Positions 31,055-41,673 are shown, numbered from the stretch's first letter. The stretch is DNA of 64,000 nucleotides from Patescibacteria group bacterium (GCA_040389185.1 JAZKAJ010000019.1:15523-79522); one strand, 5' to 3'. Translations and numbers: made by a program. Notes: a model not told the origin generated them from the letters alone.

Positions 31055-31567
31055 TTATACTTCCAAGTTTGGATCGAAAATCATTTTATAGTGAGTATCC
31101 GTTTCTTCTTCTTTAATTTCTTTAAACCCCGATCTGTCATATAGCCTCTTAGCATCATTATTTTTCAAAACTTGAAGTCTCAATAACTTGTTTTCTGTTA
31201 TTGCTCTTTGAATTATTTGCTTTAAAATCCTAGTACCAATTCCTTTACCTTCAAATTTGGGAGATATGACCAGTTCATCAAGCAGAAGATGATCACCTTC
31301 ATATTCAACATTACAATAACCAACTTCAGTACCGTCAGCTAATATGATTTGATAAGTAGCAGGCGCCCAACAATTTCTAAAAAATTCATCCTGTTTTGCC
31401 ACGTCCCAACCAAATCTTGACTTACTCACAACATCTTCATACGCATCATGATGCGTCTTTAATGCAAATTCGTAATCCGCTTCCGTTGCAGGACGAGTGG
31501 TTAGTACATTTTCTACACTTTCATCTTGAATTAATGGCTGACCATCTAGTGTTTGTTTCATAATCAA
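31055..31567 (-). CDS. GNAT family N-acetyltransferase
   Basis: EGKGIGTRILKQII motif A. Confidence 0.7.
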   Translation of the reverse strand: MIMKQTLDGQPLIQDESVENVLTTRPATEADYEFALKTHHDAYEDVVSKSRFGWDVAKQDEFFRNCWAPATYQIILADGTEVGYCNVEYEGDHLLLDELVISPKFEGKGIGTRILKQIIQRAITENKLLRLQVLKNNDAKRLYDRSGFKEIKEEETDTHYKMIFDPNLEV

Positions 31568-31741
31568 ATTATATCATAGGACCTAATTCATATTCCCACC
31601 CTGCCTGCCATTTAAATGGAGTAGAGGTGGATTGTTCAAGAGGTATGTTTTGATATAGAAATCAAGTGCATACTGGGTGGCTCGATGACCGATTATCATA
31701 ATCTTTCTCGGCAAGGGGTCCAACCCCTTGCTGTACCCTAA

Positions 31742-32509
31742 CTAATCGGCTTTGGTTGAAAAATCCCCTTTTTCAAATTGAATCTTACGATTAGGAGTCA
31801 TACTTTTTGAAAGATAGGATACCAAGTTTTCAGCAATCTCCTTACACTCCCCAGTTAGTTCAATATATAACATTGAGCCACGCAAATCAGCGAATTCCCA
31901 TTGAAAACCCAATAGACCATTCTCACTGACAACCAATTTAACTAATTCAGAAATATTCTTTTCTGCTTCTCCTTGATTTTTCACTAAAAGATGTCTAATA
32001 GATTTCAAATAAAAGAGTAGTATTTGATCAGATGTTTCTTGAAAAATATTTTTCTTTAACTTTGGCTGATTTTGAGACATTTGAATATAATCATCAAATG
32101 TTTCGAAGTCGCCAATAAATAATAAAGCTTCGCATAAATTACTAAATACTGTTGGATCAGGACGTATATAAAAAGCTTCTTTCCATTTATGAAAAGCTTT
32201 TAAATAATGGTTTGATCTCATTTCGCTTAACCCAGCCTCATCAAGGCTTATAAATCTTGTCTCAACAAGTTGCCTAAGTCCAAAATATGCAGCAAAAACT
32301 GCCAGAAACAAAGTTGCGCCTTGAACCAAAAGATTTAGAACGGATAACTGATCATTTACAGTAACAATGATCCCTGTTTCAAATAGGAGTAACCAACCGA
32401 TTATCACAAAAATAAATAGTCCCAATATTATAGTAGCCCAAAACCTTGTATTGAATGAAGGATAACCGAATAATTCTTCCCACAAATCTTTCTTAACTTT
32501 TTTAGACAT
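31742..32509 (-). CDS. hypothetical membrane protein (two N-terminal TM helices, helical-repeat C-terminus)
   Basis: ORF only. Confidence 0.45.
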   Translation of the reverse strand: MSKKVKKDLWEELFGYPSFNTRFWATIILGLFIFVIIGWLLLFETGIIVTVNDQLSVLNLLVQGATLFLAVFAAYFGLRQLVETRFISLDEAGLSEMRSNHYLKAFHKWKEAFYIRPDPTVFSNLCEALLFIGDFETFDDYIQMSQNQPKLKKNIFQETSDQILLFYLKSIRHLLVKNQGEAEKNISELVKLVVSENGLLGFQWEFADLRGSMLYIELTGECKEIAENLVSYLSKSMTPNRKIQFEKGDFSTKAD

Positions 32510-32516
32510 GAATTAT

Positions 32517-32738
32517 TTAATTAAATTCAAAGACAACAACACCCCTACCAATTGCCGCTATTCTTTCCAAACTGACGGGCAATAATTTTTGTGCATTTCT
32601 AATATATAACTTTGCGCCAGATGAAACAGCCAAACTAGCAAACCGATCAAGGCTCATTGGTAAATAATACGATGCATCGACTGATACACTACCACCAATT
32701 GATATTATTCTTTCTATACTCTGTGGTAAAAGTGACAT
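32517..32738 (-). CDS. hypothetical protein with an internal duplication (LPQSIERIISIGGSVSV / LPVSLERIAAIGRGVVV)
   Basis: ORF only. Confidence 0.35.
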   Translation of the reverse strand: MSLLPQSIERIISIGGSVSVDASYYLPMSLDRFASLAVSSGAKLYIRNAQKLLPVSLERIAAIGRGVVVFEFN

Positions 32739-32881
32739 AATTATGATTTATTATTTTTACTTCTAAATTTTGGATGCAGTTCGAGGCGTGGACGAGCGAC
32801 AACGACCAAGGTGTACTCAGATGTACTCTGCGGGAGTGTCGCGAGTCCACAACGAAGAAATGCGCCGAAATTTAAAGTAAA

Positions 32882-33883
32882 CTATTCTGCCTTCTTATGG
32901 CTTCCACTTGCTGAAGAATCCACCTCATAACTTGTGTTTTGAGACTCAAAGAAGTTCACGAGCTCATACACATCCGTCGCACCTGCCATCCACTTCGCAG
33001 GATTAGTCACTCCAAATTGTTTTTCAAGTCCAAGCTCTTCGAGTCGTCGGTCCGCTACATACTGCACATACTGGTTCACGTAGTCCGCATTCAAACCGAG
33101 AATTCCTGTTGGGAAAAGATCTTTGTTGTAAGCGTTTTCAAGTGCCACGCCTTCGATAACGATACTTTTAATCTCAGCTGCAAATTCTTCTGTCAAAAGG
33201 TCTGCATTCTCCTCGAGCACATTGTGAATGAGGTTGATACCGAATTTGAGGTGAAGAGATTCATCTCGAAGTACCCAGTTGATCATTGAACCGAAGTTTC
33301 GGAGCTGGTTTCGCTGTCGGAATGAAAGAGCCACAAGAAATCCTGAGTAGAACCAAATTCCTTCCATCACAATATTGTACGCAACAAGGTTTCGAATAAA
33401 ATCCTTCTTCCCTTCTGTTGTTTCAATATCAAGTCTGTCATCAGTCATTCGAGTGAGATATTTCATCACGAATGCTTCTTTCGCTTTCATTGATTCTACT
33501 TCGAGGTGTACATTGTAAATAGTCTCTCGGTCAAATGGGAATGTTTCAAGCACATATTCAAACGCTACACAATGGTTTGCCTCCTCCCACATTTGCTTTG
33601 CAAGATACAAGTGACACTCAGGAGATTTGAGGTATGGATACACACCGAGAGCGAGCACACGGTTCACAATGAGTTCTCCAGGGTTGAAGAATGCCATAAC
33701 GAACTTCACCGCATGCCGTTCATCCTCTGTCATTTTTTCGAAGTCTGCAAGGTCTTCCTTGAGCGCAATTTCGTGTGGGAACCATGTGTTTCGTACAGCC
33801 TGGTTGTAGAGATCATACGCCCATTGATATCGTAGCGGGTGCAGGTTTACATCTTCTGGTGACGGTTTTCCGATGAGAGTCAT
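32882..33883 (-). CDS. nrdB: ribonucleotide reductase class I beta subunit (R2)
   Basis: Di-iron ligand pattern (EEANH..., E..H); 333 aa; adjacent to nrdA. Confidence 0.8.
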   Translation of the reverse strand: MTLIGKPSPEDVNLHPLRYQWAYDLYNQAVRNTWFPHEIALKEDLADFEKMTEDERHAVKFVMAFFNPGELIVNRVLALGVYPYLKSPECHLYLAKQMWEEANHCVAFEYVLETFPFDRETIYNVHLEVESMKAKEAFVMKYLTRMTDDRLDIETTEGKKDFIRNLVAYNIVMEGIWFYSGFLVALSFRQRNQLRNFGSMINWVLRDESLHLKFGINLIHNVLEENADLLTEEFAAEIKSIVIEGVALENAYNKDLFPTGILGLNADYVNQYVQYVADRRLEELGLEKQFGVTNPAKWMAGATDVYELVNFFESQNTSYEVDSSASGSHKKAE

Positions 33884-34006
33884 AAAGGATAATTTTTAAT
33901 TTTATAATTCTAAATTTTTAAACCTAATTTCAAAGTCTTAATTTTAGGTCTAGAAATGATAGCATTTCACCTACAAAATTACAAAATTTGAAATTGAAAA
34001 TTCTGT

Positions 34007-36811
34007 CTACTGACAACTGTCACACTGAGCAAGCTCTGCAGGGTCTGTAGGACATGTCTTTGCTCCTGCGAAGATTACTTTAGGTTTTGCTTTAACCTCT
34101 GAGAATCCTCCTCGAGAAACTTCTGAAAATCCGCCTCGTGGTGCCTCGTAAGCTGGCGCTGTGTTTCGTACTGGCTCATTGATTGATCGAAGTCGATCGA
34201 TATCAAGTGAAGGCTGGATTGATGCTGGAACAGAGACAGGTTCTGGTGCTACGTATGCCATTTGTGGAACATGTTGTGGAGCCGGTGCATATACGGGAGC
34301 CGCATGTTGAACAGGTGCTACATGTGCGTGAGCAACAGGCTGTGCAATCGGCTCTGGCTCTACTGTCATTGTGATTGGTGCAGAGTCTGCCAAGAGTTCT
34401 GATTCGTCAGACATTTTTACTTCTGCTGTTTTTTTCAAAGCTCCGAATCCTACCTTTCCTGTCATTGAAGACTTGTTTACATTCACAGTACTTTGTTCTG
34501 CTGTGTGTCGAGGCTTCATGTGGAGGTAGTATGTACTCTTCACACCTTTCTCCCACGCTGTCATATAGATCTTCATTGTCTCATCGATGTCTCGTGTATC
34601 GAGATACATATTTCGAGAGATCGCCTGATCCATCCACTTCTGAGCTCGTGCTGCGACTTCGATAAATGCGTACGCTGAAGTTGTAAATGAAGTTTTGTAG
34701 ATTGCTTTGATGTGATCTGGAATTTCTGTGATACCTGAAATATCTCCCTGGAATTCTACAATTTTTTCTTTTACTTCTTCCCAGAGTCCAAGGTTCTTCA
34801 AATCTTTTACAAGGTTATGGTTGATGTCGAGATATTTTCCAGAAATCTTGTTTCGAGAGAACACCTGTGCGAATCGTGGATCAACTCCAGGAGTTGTCGC
34901 TGCAATGAGTCCAATGTTTGCGTTCGGTGCTGTCGCAAGAAGTGTTGCATTTCGCATTCCCTTCTTTACCTTTGCTCGAAGCACATCCCAGTTGAGTCCT
35001 TTGTGTTTGCTTTCTCGTGAGACTGTGACTTTGACTCCTCGATCCTTCTCCATCACATCAAGAGTATCAAATGGCACCATTCCTTTTGACCATCCTGATC
35101 CTTCGAAGTGTTTATAGCTTCCTCTTGTGACTGCGAGATTCGCACTTTCGTCGTATGACATGTAGCTTATGAATTCAAAAATTCTGTCGATGAAGTCATA
35201 TGCAGGAGCACTCTCGTATGGAAGTCCCATTTTCTCGAGCGCATCTGCAACACCCATCACTCCAAGTCCTACCGCTCGGTTCTCACTGTCAGATTTGACT
35301 GCTTCTGGTACCGGAAGAACGTTGATGTCAATAAGGTTGTCAAGCTGTCGGATCGCAAGTCGTACTGATTCTTCGAGTTTACCCCAATTGATTTCTTTGT
35401 TTACTACGTGAACTGCGAGGTTCAAAGATGCAAGGTTACATACCGCGATATTGTCTTTGTCCTGTGGAAGACAGATTTCTGTACAGAGGTTCGACATGTG
35501 AATTGTCCCTGTATTGTTGTTCATTGCTCGGAGATTAATATTGTCTTTCCAGGTAATCCAAGGATGTGCTGTTGTCTGAAGAGAAATAAGCATCTTTCGG
35601 AAAAGTTCTGTTGCAGGCACTTGCTTGAATACTCTGAGTTTCCCTGCCTTACCTAGTTCTACATATTCTGTATATCGAAGACTAAATGCATTACCATAAA
35701 GTTCACAGAGGTCCGGTGTTTCTGCAGGGTCAAACATATACCACGGAGCATTACTTTTTACCCGCTTCATGAATTCGTCAGAAATAAACGCTGCGGTGTT
35801 CGCAGTTCTCATTCGAAGATAGTCATCTCCCGCATTGTGCTTCCAATCGATAAAGTCTGGGAAATCACAGTGCCAGTTCTCCATATAGAATGCGAGCGCA
35901 CCCTTTTTCTTGCCACCTCGCTGAATAGCTCGGATCGCTGTGTCGATAATTTTTGCAAAAGGAGTAGGTCCTGTTGATACACCATTGTTTGATTTGAGTG
36001 GAGATCCTGTTGCTCGAAGTTTTGTTACTGATGCGCCGATTCCTCCTGATCCTTTTGAAAGAAGCATCACGTCTGCAACAGATTTTGCAATGTTAGTCAT
36101 ATCATCTTGGATCTCAAGAAGAAAACAGTTTGAAAGTGCTGGGCTTACTGTACCAGCACCAAGGTTTGTAGATCCTCCAGCAATGTATTCAAATCGAGAC
36201 ATCTTGTTGTAAAATCTTTTTGCCCACATTGTAGGATTCTCTTCGTTGTAAGAAAGTCCCATCGCAACTCGCATAAAGAAATACTGAGGAGTTTCCCTTG
36301 GAGTCTGATCCATATTTTTGAGTGCATATCTGTTTTCAAAAGTTGAAAGTCCTGCGTACTGGAAAAGTTCGTCTCTTTCAATGTTTAGAGCCTTTGAAAG
36401 TTCTTTGAGATCAAATTTTTCTACCATCCGTGGATCGAGCTTGCCATCTGCAACACTTTTTTTGATGAACTCGACAAATCCTGCCTGATGTTTGAGATCG
36501 AGATCATCATCATTGTCCTTGTCATACTCGCCCACCACCTTTCGGTAGATGGTTTTGAGCAAGAGCCGAGTCGCCACTTTGTCATAAGCAATATCATCCT
36601 TCACGTTTTGAAGCGCGGCATTGATGGTCGCCTGGTCCATCTCGTCTGTTGTGATGCCGTCATAGAGTGTAAGCTCTGTTTCTGTGGCGATCTGTGTCAC
36701 CATCGAGATTGGATCCATAAGTCCCTGACATGCTCGCTCGATAGACTTGTTGATCTTGTCCGCGTTGAAAGGAACTTTTGTACCGTCAAACTTTGTAATT
36801 GATATGCTCAT
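34007..36811 (-). CDS. nrdA: ribonucleotide reductase class Ia alpha subunit with an ATP-cone and a long low-complexity C-terminal extension
   Basis: N-terminal ATP-cone (VPFNADKINKSIERAC), catalytic core, C-terminal CPTDPAELAQCDSCQ pair; 934 aa. Confidence 0.9.
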   Translation of the reverse strand: MSISITKFDGTKVPFNADKINKSIERACQGLMDPISMVTQIATETELTLYDGITTDEMDQATINAALQNVKDDIAYDKVATRLLLKTIYRKVVGEYDKDNDDDLDLKHQAGFVEFIKKSVADGKLDPRMVEKFDLKELSKALNIERDELFQYAGLSTFENRYALKNMDQTPRETPQYFFMRVAMGLSYNEENPTMWAKRFYNKMSRFEYIAGGSTNLGAGTVSPALSNCFLLEIQDDMTNIAKSVADVMLLSKGSGGIGASVTKLRATGSPLKSNNGVSTGPTPFAKIIDTAIRAIQRGGKKKGALAFYMENWHCDFPDFIDWKHNAGDDYLRMRTANTAAFISDEFMKRVKSNAPWYMFDPAETPDLCELYGNAFSLRYTEYVELGKAGKLRVFKQVPATELFRKMLISLQTTAHPWITWKDNINLRAMNNNTGTIHMSNLCTEICLPQDKDNIAVCNLASLNLAVHVVNKEINWGKLEESVRLAIRQLDNLIDINVLPVPEAVKSDSENRAVGLGVMGVADALEKMGLPYESAPAYDFIDRIFEFISYMSYDESANLAVTRGSYKHFEGSGWSKGMVPFDTLDVMEKDRGVKVTVSRESKHKGLNWDVLRAKVKKGMRNATLLATAPNANIGLIAATTPGVDPRFAQVFSRNKISGKYLDINHNLVKDLKNLGLWEEVKEKIVEFQGDISGITEIPDHIKAIYKTSFTTSAYAFIEVAARAQKWMDQAISRNMYLDTRDIDETMKIYMTAWEKGVKSTYYLHMKPRHTAEQSTVNVNKSSMTGKVGFGALKKTAEVKMSDESELLADSAPITMTVEPEPIAQPVAHAHVAPVQHAAPVYAPAPQHVPQMAYVAPEPVSVPASIQPSLDIDRLRSINEPVRNTAPAYEAPRGGFSEVSRGGFSEVKAKPKVIFAGAKTCPTDPAELAQCDSCQ

Positions 36812-37106
36812 TTTTTTATTAATATTTTATTCATCCGGAGTCATGTAAAAAGACGATAACAAATTTGAGAATTACGATCGCCTGTTTAAATAACTTCGAA
36901 AAGTACTTTTAATGTGATTCGCTTACTATTTTACCTTAAAAAAAAGTGGATTGCATAGTGGAAATCGATCAAAATGACCATTCCGACACAAAACAAAACT
37001 CGCTTCAAGTGAACCGCCAAAGGAGGCTTAATTTGCGGTTCGATTCGAGGCATGAAAATAAAAAATAAAAGTCAAGAAGGAAGAAGTTGTGCTCAATAAT
37101 AACTCA

Positions 37107-37145
37107 AAATGCACCGAAGCTTCGCTTCGGTGCATTTTCTTTTCA
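37107..37145. terminator. hairpin gcaccgaag cttcg cttcggtgc plus T-run
   Basis: 9-bp stem. Confidence 0.7.
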
Positions 37146-37179
37146 TTATTACTCACTACTCATTACTTTTGACTTAAAA

Positions 37180-38592
37180 TTATTCTCTCGGATCAAAGAT
37201 TGAATCATCAAATTCATCACCTCTAATTAATTTTGATATTTTTGAACCGCCATAGATCGAAGTCATAATTCCAACTCCATTACATCCGAGGTTGTACATC
37301 AAAATCTTGTTCTTTGGCTCAAAACCAATCACTCTCATGCTCGTTGGCGTATAGCACATAATACCGTGCCACTGAAACTTGTATTCCATATCCTTTTTTT
37401 CTTCTCGAGGGATCGTTTTTTTGACAAAATCGTCTATAATCTTGCCCTTTTCTTCTGAAAATTTGCCCTGCCTGTCATAATTTTGAGTTTCAGCAATGAT
37501 TTCTTCAGGCCCACCAATACAAACAAGATTATGAGTCTGATTATCTTCGAGTTCATACGGCCGCCGAGTCATATAGACATACGGAGTTGCAGTGTATGCA
37601 TCATTACCAGAATCATTACTCTCTCCCTGATCATAATATCCGAGCGCAGTTGGAGGATTTTTTATATCTTCAACATACGCGGCCATATATCCGATGTCAC
37701 CATTTACCATATGATGAAACTTTACATCAATATCATCCCCAGATTTGTTGAGGATATGAATTCTTTCAAATCCATTCGTACAGAGTACAACTTTTTTTGC
37801 ACTGACGACATATTTCTGTTCTGGTGTGCCATCTTTTTTGTTCGTCGAAACACGAAGTATTGCGTTCTCTTCATTTAATTCTGCAATCTGCACTGTAGTA
37901 TGCTCAAAAAGAGAAAACCTCTTTTTGTATTCTGTGAGGAGATACCCTGCGATTTCTTCGGAGAGAAGTGCGCTGTTCACACAACCTTTTTTTGTAGCGA
38001 TCGCTGCCACATAGCTCGTATCTTTGGTTTCAAGAAGTGAAAGAATATCTACCTGAGGAACTATTTCATAAAGTCCTCGATATTCTTTTGGGATTTGATC
38101 CAAGTGCTCAAAATTATCTGCAACATAAATACAATATACTTGCACACCCGCCTCTATTCGAAATGCATTAGCTTTAATCTCCTCAATAATATGAGAGATC
38201 GATTTATAACCATTGTAACCCATAAAAGAAGAGAACGGAGTGTTGAGTTTGGCATTTTGATAGAGTTCTTCCAGAAGCACCCAGGCAGATTTGGCAGATT
38301 CTTCTGCATCCACCGCTTTCTCTAGGCCATATTCTCGAACAAGGTCTGTAAATTCTCTTTCAAATTCGGCAACGATCTGTCCCGCGTTGTGTCCTGTGGC
38401 TCCGTGAGCCACTTTGTTACCTTCAATCAAAGTCACTTTCCTCTCTGTGTTCTTCAAAGTAAAGTATGCAGTCATAATACCTGCTATACCACCGCCCACG
38501 ATCACCACATCAGTATCAAGATCTGAAGAAATAATATCAACTGGGCGGGTTCGCTTGAGCTGATAGAGCCACGGGGACATGTTTGGATTCAT
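37180..38592 (-). CDS. FAD-dependent oxidoreductase (DAO-like)
   Basis: DVVIVGGGIAGIMTAY Rossmann dinucleotide motif; 470 aa. Confidence 0.65.
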   Translation of the reverse strand: MNPNMSPWLYQLKRTRPVDIISSDLDTDVVIVGGGIAGIMTAYFTLKNTERKVTLIEGNKVAHGATGHNAGQIVAEFEREFTDLVREYGLEKAVDAEESAKSAWVLLEELYQNAKLNTPFSSFMGYNGYKSISHIIEEIKANAFRIEAGVQVYCIYVADNFEHLDQIPKEYRGLYEIVPQVDILSLLETKDTSYVAAIATKKGCVNSALLSEEIAGYLLTEYKKRFSLFEHTTVQIAELNEENAILRVSTNKKDGTPEQKYVVSAKKVVLCTNGFERIHILNKSGDDIDVKFHHMVNGDIGYMAAYVEDIKNPPTALGYYDQGESNDSGNDAYTATPYVYMTRRPYELEDNQTHNLVCIGGPEEIIAETQNYDRQGKFSEEKGKIIDDFVKKTIPREEKKDMEYKFQWHGIMCYTPTSMRVIGFEPKNKILMYNLGCNGVGIMTSIYGGSKISKLIRGDEFDDSIFDPRE

Positions 38593-38630
38593 ATTGTTTC
38601 CATTTTACCAGAAAATGAAACAAGGGGCAA

Positions 38631-38672
38631 AAACAATGCTGGGCCGCATAAGCGGCCCAGCATTGTTTTTTA
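38631..38672. terminator. hairpin aaacaatgctgggccgc ataa gcggcccagcattgttt plus T-run
   Basis: 17-bp perfect stem. Confidence 0.8.
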
Positions 38673-38689
38673 CAATTTTTGTTTCTCTA

Positions 38690-39583
38690 CTAGTATCCTA
38701 GATTCACTGCACCACCAACATTTACATTTGCATTACCTGCACCAGTGTTTGCATTCGCACCAGTATTCACATTTGTATTTGCTCCCGCGTTTGTTGTTGT
38801 AGTTCCATTTGTAGATTCCTGTGCTGAGCTATTTTCAGAGTAAGTCTTCCCTCCAAGCATAAACTTTACAGAACCCAAAAGTGATCCATCTACTTTGAGG
38901 TCAGTTCCAGTTGTAAGACTGAAATTTGATCGAGAAGTTCCATCAATGTCCACCCCAACACTCACTGAAGAATCTTTCATTCCCCCTGTAGATTCTACTT
39001 CATTTGAATCTCCAACTGCTACCTCTGCACCACTGTGTGATTCGGCATTAACAACTGGCGCAAAAACATATTTGTTATCAGATGTTGAATGAAGCGATTT
39101 GTCAGCAAGGAAATCAAGTCTTAGGTTAGTATTACCTTCTTTCTGTACATTGACCGCCATATTCATAACCACCTGATTTGAAGGAGAGTATGCCTTAACA
39201 TCACCATTTGTCTTTGTCTTTACAACAGTATCTCCGAGAGTTACTCGAACCCTGTCATAGGTACCCGCAACCACCTTTGCCTTTGCATAGAGCTCAGTCT
39301 TGCCCTCAGAATTCAAAGTCAAAAGATTATAAGATTTCGAATCAGATGAAGCAGTCACCCAACCTTGTGTTGCGCTATGTACTTCCACTTTCTTTACCTC
39401 CATGTTTACTTCATTTACATTACTTATGTCTGCAGTCGCATCCGTAATACCGACATAGAGCGATCCCCCTTTATCATCCTGCATCGCTCTTTCATTTTGA
39501 TACCAAAAGACTCCACCGATAGCAAGGATCACGATGACCGCTCCTATTATTACTCCTCCAAGATTGCCATTATTATTGTCCAT
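38690..39583 (-). CDS. DUF4382-like secreted protein (N-terminal TM anchor, Asn/Thr/Gly-rich tail)
   Basis: Domain pattern by recall. Confidence 0.45.
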   Translation of the reverse strand: MDNNNGNLGGVIIGAVIVILAIGGVFWYQNERAMQDDKGGSLYVGITDATADISNVNEVNMEVKKVEVHSATQGWVTASSDSKSYNLLTLNSEGKTELYAKAKVVAGTYDRVRVTLGDTVVKTKTNGDVKAYSPSNQVVMNMAVNVQKEGNTNLRLDFLADKSLHSTSDNKYVFAPVVNAESHSGAEVAVGDSNEVESTGGMKDSSVSVGVDIDGTSRSNFSLTTGTDLKVDGSLLGSVKFMLGGKTYSENSSAQESTNGTTTTNAGANTNVNTGANANTGAGNANVNVGGAVNLGY

Positions 39584-39624
39584 AGAATTTTATTTTTTTA
39601 TAATTTTATACTTCCTATCTTACA

Positions 39625-39777
39625 CTATCTTACAGGATTTTCTCCTTTAATAATTCGAATAAGAAATACAATGATCGCAATCACAAGAAGGATGTGAATA
39701 AATCCTCCCAAGACATGAAAGCCCAAGAATCCAATAAGCCACAAAAGCACTAATACCGTAGCAATTGTTGTTAACAT
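39625..39777 (-). CDS. lmo0937-family small membrane protein (50 aa; MLTTIATVLVLLWLIGFLGFHVLGGFIHILLVIAIIVFLIRIIKGENPVR)
   Basis: Translated by hand. Below the ORF-track size cutoff, but matches the family's conserved LW..GF.GFH..GG.IH.LLVIAII pattern. Confidence 0.55.
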   Translation of the reverse strand: MLTTIATVLVLLWLIGFLGFHVLGGFIHILLVIAIIVFLIRIIKGENPVR

Positions 39778-40017
39778 AAAATTTTATGATTAATTAATAG
39801 TATTCATCAAATTCGGATGCACATCTCGTTGCTTGCACCCTTCTTTAATGTCACATATCCCCAAACCGAGTCCTGTCTAGAAATATGTTCTATAGTTGTA
39901 GACGCGCAGGATTACAATATATTTCAACTCCAAAAGATAGTTTGCATTTCTTTATCTAAAAGGTAATATGTTTTTTAGACCAACCCGCTTCAGAAACCCC
40001 AAACATGCTCACTCAGT

Positions 40018-40251
40018 ATGTATATTCATAATCTCACTCCTGATGACTGCTTACCCGAGGGCACAGTCGAAATCAACATCATTATCTGGGACAGTGTCAA
40101 AGAGGAGCTTGTAACAGAGTTCTTTATAAACTTTCATCGCAATCGAACCATAAGAGAACTGGCTCGCCAAACACCTTACAAAGGCGAAATATCAGTTAGA
40201 GGACTCCATACCAACAGGAAACTTTTGGTACTCGATCAGATATCTCGATGA
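40018..40251 (+). CDS. hypothetical protein (77 aa)
   Basis: ORF followed by a terminator. Confidence 0.4.
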   Translation: MYIHNLTPDDCLPEGTVEINIIIWDSVKEELVTEFFINFHRNRTIRELARQTPYKGEISVRGLHTNRKLLVLDQISR

Positions 40252-40263
40252 TTCATCTTTCTT

Positions 40264-40298
40264 CCGCCTCAACCCCACCAGGTTGAGGCAGTTTTTAT
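40264..40298 (+). terminator. hairpin gcctcaacc ccacca ggttgaggc plus T-run
   Basis: 9-bp stem. Confidence 0.7.
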
Positions 40299-40327
40299 TA
40301 AATTTTCATATCCTTAAATATTTAAAT

Positions 40328-40657
40328 TTACAGATAATTGACTAGATCTCGATCCTTTCTCTCCTTTTCTTTAGCTTTTACAAACAGTATTTCCTGAATT
40401 TCTTTATAAAACTCTTCAGGATTTTTATCGTACACTTCTTTAGATAGAAATCTATCTCTTATTTTCATATCTGGATCATTATATAATTCTGCAAAAATAG
40501 TTCCAAAATATTTTACCCAATCTTCTTCACTTATTTTTAAAAATTTGCACCCATATTCCATAACACCTCTTTCAAGCCCTAACTTCACTTCAAGATCATC
40601 TGCAGGCCTTCCTGTCTCTACTACGAGACTTTGCTGTTTTGTTTCTTCAATACTCAT
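40328..40657 (-). CDS. hypothetical protein (109 aa)
   Basis: ORF only. Confidence 0.4.
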   Translation of the reverse strand: MSIEETKQQSLVVETGRPADDLEVKLGLERGVMEYGCKFLKISEEDWVKYFGTIFAELYNDPDMKIRDRFLSKEVYDKNPEEFYKEIQEILFVKAKEKERKDRDLVNYL

Positions 40658-40682
40658 AAGATAAGTATATCAAGAAACAATC

Positions 40683-40719
40683 AAAACAAAACCGCCCTTT
40701 CGGGCGGTTTTGTTTTGTT
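40683..40719. terminator. bidirectional terminator aaaacaaaaccgccc tttc gggcggttttgtttt
   Basis: Perfect 15-bp stem with A and T flanks. Confidence 0.8.
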
Positions 40720-40725
40720 AATAAT

Positions 40726-41139
40726 TTACTTAAACCACTGACTCTGCCATCCCTTCATCATCTCAATCTCTTTTGTTTGAGCCGCAATAATGTCGTTTGC
40801 AAGCTTTATAAGCTCCGGTCGCTTTGATGTCGCGAGTACTTGCTTTGCCATTACTACCGCACCTTCGTGATGTACTATCATCTGCGCCAAGAATTCTTTG
40901 TCGAATGCATCTCCAGTTTTTCCCTCAAGTGATGCTGTCATTCCCCTCATCATTGAATCCATACCCATGCCGACATTATTCATCATTGTTCCGTCTGACA
41001 TACGATGTGTGGCTTGACCATTTCGTGCGTACCCATCATCATCTCCCCGTCTCTCATCACCTCTTCCTGTCCATAGACCCATAGCAATAAGTCCGATACA
41101 AATCCCTACAATTCCATAGATAATATTTTGATTTTTCAT
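40726..41139 (-). CDS. DUF305 domain protein (metal/copper-associated four-helix bundle)
   Basis: FDKEFLAQMIVHHEGAVVMA...ANDIIAAQTKEIEMMKGW pattern; N-terminal TM. Confidence 0.7.
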   Translation of the reverse strand: MKNQNIIYGIVGICIGLIAMGLWTGRGDERRGDDDGYARNGQATHRMSDGTMMNNVGMGMDSMMRGMTASLEGKTGDAFDKEFLAQMIVHHEGAVVMAKQVLATSKRPELIKLANDIIAAQTKEIEMMKGWQSQWFK

Positions 41140-41179
41140 TTTTTATTTTATTAGATAGATAATTAAAAGTGAGTTTTAA

Positions 41180-41551
41180 TTATGGAATCTTGGGATGTAA
41201 TACCCCTGTCGCAAACAGCATTTCAAAATACGAGATGTATTTTCTTCTTTCACGGCGCAGTCTCGAGAGATACAGAGTTACAAACAAGGACAAGTCCGCA
41301 ACAACAAATAGTTTTGAGAAATTTTGAAGACCGATTGATAAAACAAAAATTGTGAGTGTTGCAAGAGCAAATGTTCTCCATGCTTTCATGTGATCAAAAG
41401 GTGTCATGGTACACATGGAATGTTCACCCTCTGCAAACGGGCAGTACTCCATAGGCATATCCATTTCTGCCATTTGGATAAAGTGAAGTGGAGCAGAGAA
41501 TATAAGGCCGATGTATGAAATAAGAATTGTGAGAGTAAAAAGGAGTTTCAT
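41180..41551 (-). CDS. hypothetical membrane protein with a Met/Cys-rich segment (MAEMDMPMEYCPF..HSMCTM)
   Basis: ORF; possible metal-binding motif. Confidence 0.45.
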   Translation of the reverse strand: MKLLFTLTILISYIGLIFSAPLHFIQMAEMDMPMEYCPFAEGEHSMCTMTPFDHMKAWRTFALATLTIFVLSIGLQNFSKLFVVADLSLFVTLYLSRLRRERRKYISYFEMLFATGVLHPKIP

Positions 41552-41673
41552 AAGTTGATTATATCAAAAATTATTTTATCTGAAAGTAAAAATACTTAAA
41601 TAAAAAACCGCATTGCAAATGCCAAAATATTTACAAAATCAATATTTTATTGTAATGTGTTGGTAGCCTACTT

